This document shows positions 59,430 through 64,000 of a stretch of DNA of 64,000 nt, piece after piece. Location of the stretch: the NCBI GenBank assembly GCA_905176665.1, contig CAJINA010000104.1, positions 36,699-100,698 of the forward strand, written 5' to 3'. The notes below the pieces were generated by a model. That model worked only from the letters and a program-made list of their open reading frames with translations, ran no database searches and had not been told where the DNA came from. The position numbers and the translations under genes were made by a program. The stretch's first letter is position 1, and every line of letters starts with the position of its first letter. This DNA comes from Olavius algarvensis Delta 4 endosymbiont. GTDB taxonomy: Bacteria; Desulfobacterota; Desulfobacteria; Desulfobacterales; CAJINA01.

Positions 59430-60272
59430 ATGAGTCAAAGAAACTATATTTGGATGCTTGGGTGGAAGCTCCTGTTGCTTCCCGCCTCTGCGGATGCCTG
59501 CTCCATGTGCGTGACCGCCTCTGCCGACAAGATTCTGCCGCCTGTTGAGACTTGGGCGCTTTGGCTGACTATACTTTTTTTGCTGATATCTCTAATCGGT
59601 TCAATAACCGGAGAGAGATTAAGCGGTATTCCCTCCTTCCTGAGGGCGTTTATAGTTATTAGCGTGCTGCTTTTGGCCGGTGCCGGATTCCTTGGGATCT
59701 GGTTTATGGTGGTCCTTGCCCTTCCATTGATGATTTTTTGTGCCGGTGTCCTCAGGACACACCTGCGCTCGCAAGAGCGTCGCTTCCATGTGTTGAAGGT
59801 GTCGCTGGCCTTTGTGGTTATCGCTGTTTTTATAGGGCTTGGCGGATTAACCGCCCATGTGCATCTGACTCGCACACCCGCAGAATACGCAATCAAGTGG
59901 GCGCATACGGCTCCGGGTCGGCTGACCATGGAAGCCTTGAAAGGAGAGGGGCGGTCGGCATTGCCGCAGTTTCGCCGGATTGCGGCGGAGATAGAACCAC
60001 GCAGGTCGGGGGTGGCCAGCGACGTCATCGCGCGCTACGGCGATCCTGAACGGGATGTGCCGCTTCTCATCGACGTGCTAAGACGCGACGGGGGAGAATC
60101 GCTCGCCTCGCGAGATATCGAAGCCGCATTGACCCGACTCACCGGTCTCACACTGCCGCCCGGCTCAAATTATGTCCAATGGAGTAACGCCTGGAAAAAG
60201 AGCGGAAATCCTTTCAAACTGGAAGAATCGCTACCTGACACAAGGTCGCCGGGACCGGTAGGATTAAAATGA
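59430..60272 (+). CDS. Hypothetical polytopic membrane protein
   Basis: 280-aa ORF, 4-5 TM helices, Arg/Asp-rich C-terminal soluble domain, no motif recognised. Confidence 0.45.
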   Translation: MSQRNYIWMLGWKLLLLPASADACSMCVTASADKILPPVETWALWLTILFLLISLIGSITGERLSGIPSFLRAFIVISVLLLAGAGFLGIWFMVVLALPLMIFCAGVLRTHLRSQERRFHVLKVSLAFVVIAVFIGLGGLTAHVHLTRTPAEYAIKWAHTAPGRLTMEALKGEGRSALPQFRRIAAEIEPRRSGVASDVIARYGDPERDVPLLIDVLRRDGGESLASRDIEAALTRLTGLTLPPGSNYVQWSNAWKKSGNPFKLEESLPDTRSPGPVGLK

Positions 60273-60278
60273 AAAAAA

Positions 60279-60380
60279 GTGCGGTGGCGGCGGTGAAGGC
60301 GCGCTGGCGTACCACTCGTATTTTCCGAGCAACATTATATAGTTAAATTTTATAGTGGGACACCTCCGGGACACACAAGT
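60279..60380 (-). repeat. Degraded tmRNA/tRNA 3'-end-like fragment plus GGGACACC-N4-GGACACAC motif (copy 4)
   Basis: gtgcggtggcggcggtgaaggcgcgc followed by ...tagttaaattttatagtgggacacctccgggacacaca. Confidence 0.5.
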
Positions 60381-60477
60381 AAGATTTGGACCTAACCCCA
60401 CCGAATCACAAGAATTTTATACTACTCGTAGAACCCCACCGCCAACCGCATGTTCGAGTCGATTCAGGTAAATTGAT

Positions 60478-61146
60478 TCATTTAAGTTTCATTTCGTATT
60501 TCTTGTAGCTTATAGAAACGCCGGCCCGGCTCGAATGGTTGATGGTTGTCTGAAAATCCGGGCGGCTGTGAACATAATCCATAAAGTCCTGTATCCCTCT
60601 GCTCCACCCTGCCATAGACATATTATGGGCGGTAAAACAGCCCCCGACTGTCAGCTTCGGTGCGATAGCCTTGAAGTAATTGGTATACCAGTCCTTGTCT
60701 GCGTCGCTGAACACAAAGTCGAAAGGTCCTTCCAAATCTTTTACCAGAGCATGAGCATCGGCGAGCCGGGCATCTATATATTGGGATAGGCCGGCCTTAT
60801 CGAAATTATTTAAAGCTTCTTTATATCTGCGCTGATCAATTTCGATGGTGATGAGTTTCCCACCGGTTTTGCTCAGCGCCCATGCAATCCAAATTGCTGA
60901 GTGGCCTGTGGATGTTCCTATTTCAAGGGCTCTCCGGTAGTTGTGTTTTACAATGATGTCATACAGGAGCTTGCCGTCCGCCATGGGCACGTTCATATCT
61001 CGCCAGCTCGATCGGTGGCTTTCTAAAAACGCTGTCACCCTGCCGTCCAGTTCAGGATTCCGATTGATTTCACCAGCCTCAGCAAAACCGATAAGACCAG
61101 CCAGGGCCACTGTCAGCAGCAGGCACCTCATTTTGATTGTTTTCAT
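60478..61146 (-). CDS. Secreted class I SAM-dependent O-methyltransferase (family 3, caffeoyl-CoA OMT-like)
   Basis: Signal peptide MKTIKMRCLLLTVALAGLIGFAEA. ALEIGTSTGHSAIWIA (motif I), ITIEID, FDFVFSDADKDWY. The ORF extends to 61248. Confidence 0.8.
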   Translation of the reverse strand: MKTIKMRCLLLTVALAGLIGFAEAGEINRNPELDGRVTAFLESHRSSWRDMNVPMADGKLLYDIIVKHNYRRALEIGTSTGHSAIWIAWALSKTGGKLITIEIDQRRYKEALNNFDKAGLSQYIDARLADAHALVKDLEGPFDFVFSDADKDWYTNYFKAIAPKLTVGGCFTAHNMSMAGWSRGIQDFMDYVHSRPDFQTTINHSSRAGVSISYKKYEMKLK

Positions 61147-61542
61147 TAGAATTGCTACCTCCAAAAACTTAATAATCCCCAATGGATCCTCGACGCTGCG
61201 GATCATTATATTTGTCGAATCCCTGTTAGTCGGCGTACCATATTCCAATGATGGTTATTGATCTGATGACAATCAAGCGGAAAAGAGAGACACAGTGATA
61301 GAAGTGCTAAAGATAATTGATACTACATCTCGACCTGTCCATCGCCCTTTACGGAAAAGCCGTGAGCGAATTCGAAAGATTGGAAAGCGAAGGCAGACTT
61401 TATTACTATAGCAAATTTAGGGGCGAAAATGGGCGATTAAGCCTGTTTCAGAGGAATTTTTACGCTATTCTGCGGGCAATGTATGTTACTTAGCGTGGCC
61501 CGCACCATAGCTGCCTAAGAAGCAGATATGTTAATGATTTAA

Positions 61543-61640
61543 GTGGAGGACCGCGGGAGTCGAACCTGTGTCCTACCCATTTTTTTCAATTATATCTGAA
61601 GGATAACATTTGGGGCGGGGTACCTCGGGGATACATGTAC
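61543..61640 (-). repeat. tmRNA 3'-portion-like fragment (about 100 nt) with GGGGTACC-N4-GGATACAT motif (copy 5)
   Basis: gtggaggaccgcgggagtcgaacctgtgtcctaccc ... gaaggataacatttggggcggggtacctcggggatacat parallels 63761-63860. Confidence 0.6.
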
Positions 61641-61750
61641 ATAGCAGATAGTTGTAGTTAAACGCCAAACTGTGCGGCGCGCCCCTTGCGTCCGCACCAC
61701 TGACATGCTAGGCATCGTCGTCAATAGATTTATTCAAAATCGAAGATCCA

Positions 61751-62272
61751 CTATTCAAAGGTAGTCTCAATAGGTGGCGGTGACTTGAGAGTTTGCTGAA
61801 CAACACAACACTCCTTCGCGGCAGCCTGGAGGTGCTCTAACAGTCTCGGCTGAGTTCCTTCCTTCACGTTCATCTTTACCTCGCATTTCATGGCCTGAAA
61901 TCCAACAGGCACATTCCGATCCATCATCAAAGCACCACGAACATCTGCGGTAGCCGTTACTCGGACCTCCAAGTCAATGAGTTCGATGTTCATCAAGTTT
62001 GCGACCATCCGAATGGTCGAGTCTTGGCAGGCCGCTAACGCGGCGCAAAGCAGATCTCCAGGTGTCGGAGCATCGTGTTTTCCGCCGACCGCTGCATGGA
62101 CGCCAACCGGCACCGAAACGCCACAGCCATCCATAGGTTCGACCTTTGAATGAAAAGGATCTGAAGCAATATCACCGGATGTCTTTGCATGGTCTGTAAC
62201 CATGGCCAGCTCTGGTTCTCGCGTATACTGTGCCCTAAGAGGTTTTTGCGCTTCTAACACACTTGGTTGCAT
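61751..62272 (-). CDS. OsmC/Ohr family peroxiredoxin-like protein
   Basis: Two conserved Cys in the expected context (MDGCGVSV...GDLLCAALAACQDSTIR). Start taken at ATG 62272; the ORF extends to 62440. Confidence 0.75.
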   Translation of the reverse strand: MQPSVLEAQKPLRAQYTREPELAMVTDHAKTSGDIASDPFHSKVEPMDGCGVSVPVGVHAAVGGKHDAPTPGDLLCAALAACQDSTIRMVANLMNIELIDLEVRVTATADVRGALMMDRNVPVGFQAMKCEVKMNVKEGTQPRLLEHLQAAAKECCVVQQTLKSPPPIETTFE

Positions 62273-62932
62273 GTTGAAATCTCCTTTGTTGTGATACCTA
62301 TCGCGGTCTCTATTTCGAGCAAGAGCGTCTAATCTTGTTTCACCGGGAAAAGAAAGGGGAGTAGGGACTGAATGCAGTATTTCTGTGTCAGCGTGCAAGC
62401 GATTATTAGCCCTTGCTTCTATTCTCGACATTCTTATCAAGCCGACAAATCAGGTATTAAAAACTTTTAATTACTATTGGTGTAGGAAATGGGAATGAAG
62501 TCTTTTGAAAGATTTATCAGTACCACGTTGTGGCATACATATACTGAGGAGGTTTTTTGTTTTGTCAAGGATGGACTGGAAAACACTTATTCGGCCAATA
62601 TTACAAATAGGGGCAATTCAATAGTGGTAACGTTTTCAATTTTGCCTCACAAGTACTATGATAAAGAAAGAGTTGACAATGGAAGAAGTTTGAAACAGGA
62701 AAACATTATGTAACCCACCTAATTTATATGATATATTAGAGTTTATGTCGTACAGCTTGCCAGAAAACCAATATATCATTCTTAGCAAGATATGGTGATA
62801 TTATCAAATTATGACAGGTTTAAATTGCTCCTGCGATCGTGCAGGATTCAATGGTAGGATTACACTGCTGATGGGATACCACTTTTGAGCAATGAATATA
62901 TATATAACAACCTGATTTTGTTAAATATTTAA

Positions 62933-63012
62933 TGGTGGAGGCGGCGGGAGTCGAACCCGCTGTCCCCCTTGAAATCATTGAAGATATTGGCGGGGCCGCA
63001 GTACATTCGCAG
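62933..63012 (-). repeat. tmRNA 3'-end-like fragment (29 nt identical to 63761-63789) plus variant island-side block (copy 6)
   Basis: tggtggaggcggcgggagtcgaacccgc identical to the copy at 63761, then diverges into tgtcccccttgaaatcattgaagatattg...gtacattcgcag, the block also found at 53253-53303. Confidence 0.65.
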
Positions 63013-63102
63013 TAACGTATTGAAAAACGAACCCAGCGTGAACAGCTACCAAGATAGAATATAGCGTTGACAAATGGTAACATAAATGTTACCTTCTTGG
63101 CC

Positions 63103-63432
63103 ATGATCGTAGTCAAGGAATATATCAATTCTAAAGGCCAAAGCCCTTACGCCAAGTGGTTCAACCGCCTCAATGTTGTGGCAGCCGCGAAAGTCGCCAC
63201 CGCTTTAATCAGAATGGAGCAGGGCAACTCTTCCAACTCCAAACGTCTTGGTAGCGGAGTTTTGGAATATAGAATTGATTTTGGTCCAGGATACCGCATC
63301 TATTTTGGTCGCGATGGCGACAGGATTGTGATCTTGTTAGGGGGCGGTACCAAAAAGCGCCAGCAAAGTGACATAGAAAACGCAAAGGTGCTTTGGAAAG
63401 AATACAAAAGGCGAAAACGCCAGGAGGGCTAA
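63103..63432 (+). CDS. Type II toxin, RelE/ParE superfamily (HigB-like addiction-module killer protein, HI1419-like)
   Basis: KEYINSKGQSPYAKWF...GVLEYRIDFGPGYRIYFGRDGDRIVILLGGGTKKRQQSDIENAK matches the killer-protein family. Paired with a downstream antidote gene. Confidence 0.75.
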   Translation: MIVVKEYINSKGQSPYAKWFNRLNVVAAAKVATALIRMEQGNSSNSKRLGSGVLEYRIDFGPGYRIYFGRDGDRIVILLGGGTKKRQQSDIENAKVLWKEYKRRKRQEG

Positions 63433-63434
63433 AA

Positions 63435-63752
63435 ATGGCACTCACGAGAGATTTTAAAGAGACTATTAAAAACCGGATTGAACGTGAACCGGCATTTCGC
63501 GAAGCGTTACTCAAAGAAGGGATAGAGTGCCTTTTAAACGGAGAAGTGGATACCGGTAAAGCTATTTTGCGTGATTATATAAACGCCACAATCGGTTTCG
63601 ATGCTTTAGGCACGGCCACGGCCAAATCCCCTAAAAGCCTTATGCGCATGTTTGGCCCTAAAGGAAACCCTCAAGCTCGCAACATTTTTGAAATCATCGC
63701 ACATCTGCAAAAACAGGAAGGGTTCCATTTCAAGGTTCAGACGGTTCGTTGA
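63435..63752 (+). CDS. Addiction-module antidote protein (HigA-like, HI1420-like)
   Basis: MALTRDFKETIKNRIEREPAFREALLKEGIECLLNGEVDTGKAILRDYINATIGF. Overlapping/coupled to the toxin gene. SD ggaggg. Confidence 0.7.
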   Translation: MALTRDFKETIKNRIEREPAFREALLKEGIECLLNGEVDTGKAILRDYINATIGFDALGTATAKSPKSLMRMFGPKGNPQARNIFEIIAHLQKQEGFHFKVQTVR

Positions 63753-63760
63753 TAATTTTG

Positions 63761-64000
63761 TGGTGGAGGCGGCGGGAGTCGAACCCGCAGCCTACCCAAA
63801 TTTTATTAACAATTATAGAAGGTTAACATATTGAACGGGATACCGCCAGGATACATAAGCGGTATTAGTGGGATATTTTAAGCGTATCACAAGGTATCTT
63901 AAGCTGTAAAAGTCAAAGACCTCCCGGACAGTCAGCCCTCTCGGGTCAGTGATTATTAGGCGGCCTCCTTTGACAATTCTTCTCGACGTTTTTTACCAAG
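63761..64000 (-). ncRNA. ssrA: Probable tmRNA gene (ssrA), 3' about 240 nt; the 5' part lies beyond the window end
   Basis: Minus-strand 3' end ...GCGGGTTCGACTCCCGCCGCCTCCACCA: 5-bp T-stem, TTCGACT loop, acceptor 3' strand CGCCTCC with U70-type wobble position and discriminator A plus CCA (tRNA-Ala/tmRNA-like). No matching 5' acceptor within 100 nt, so not a tRNA. GCC GCC TAA TAA lies about 195 nt upstream of the 3' end, as for a tag-ORF end. Confidence 0.4.

Larger units (their letters stand above)
51700..63760 (-). mobile_element. Putative decayed tandem array of small integrated islets at the ssrA 3' end (cassettes separated by tmRNA 3'-end-like repeats; no integrase retained in the window)
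   Basis: At least seven same-orientation tmRNA 3'-end-like fragments at 51705, 53225, 55631, 60279, 61543, 62933, 63761. Cargo is unrelated accessory genes (ankyrin, SPFH, TCS, MTase, OsmC, TA). A low-GC patch at 55800-56460. Confidence 0.45.

Noticed and set aside
63791-63840. Reading …EELSKEAA** (GCC GCC TAA TAA) as a definite tmRNA tag peptide
   Set aside because: The double stop after Ala-Ala is suggestive, but the upstream residues are atypical for known tags (which usually end ALAA). The resume codon and the 5' domain lie outside the window, so I keep only the 3' tRNA-like domain as evidence.
1-64000. CRISPR arrays, rRNA genes, integrase/transposase genes
   Set aside because: No regularly spaced direct repeats with unique spacers, no rRNA-like conserved blocks, and no tyrosine/serine recombinase or DDE transposase motifs were seen in any frame.

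Overview
The window is a GC-rich chromosomal segment that looks like a Deltaproteobacteria/Desulfobacterota genome. The family assignments are reasoned from motifs read in the translations, not from any database search.

- **0-16 kb, housekeeping and envelope genes:** an MscK-like mechanosensitive channel, CorA, ChrA, a parvulin-type PPIase, a DUF3604 protein, a permuted papain-fold YiiX-like protein, a DUF547 protein, an ECF sigma factor with a zinc anti-sigma factor, and a BacNav-type voltage-gated channel.
- **16-45 kb, signalling and protease accessory block:** two paralogous hybrid histidine kinases bracket single-domain response regulators, an FGE-type protein, two large secreted CHAT-TPR proteins, three paralogous secreted caspase-like (C14) proteins (one interrupted), a leucine carboxyl methyltransferase (LCM)-type methyltransferase, an aconitase, and four small PAS- or cNMP-sensor proteins. 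These four sensors all end in the same unnamed Cys4His2 zinc-ribbon-like tail.
- **Selenoproteins (main result):** at least four genes are split in the supplied ORF track by an in-frame TGA that sits at a conserved active-site Cys position. Each TGA is followed 13-16 nt later by a stem-loop with a G/U-containing loop. The genes are a DUF3179 protein, two tandem periplasmic rhodaneses and a DsrE-like protein. The last three lie in a small sulfur-trafficking cluster with a TauE/SafE permease and a cupin. This suggests a selenocysteine-decoding organism and mis-called selenoproteins.
- **51.7-64 kb, repeated 3' ends:** this stretch is punctuated by at least seven tRNA/tmRNA 3'-end-like fragments, all in the same orientation (…GCCTCCACCA acceptor with a G3:U70-type signature). 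They delimit one- to four-gene cassettes: ankyrin, SPFH, a two-component cluster, an O-methyltransferase, OsmC, and a HigB/HigA-like pair. The last copy may be the 3' end of an intact ssrA (tmRNA) gene that runs off the window. This reads as a decayed tandem array of integrated islets at ssrA.

There is no CRISPR array, no rRNA and no intact tRNA.
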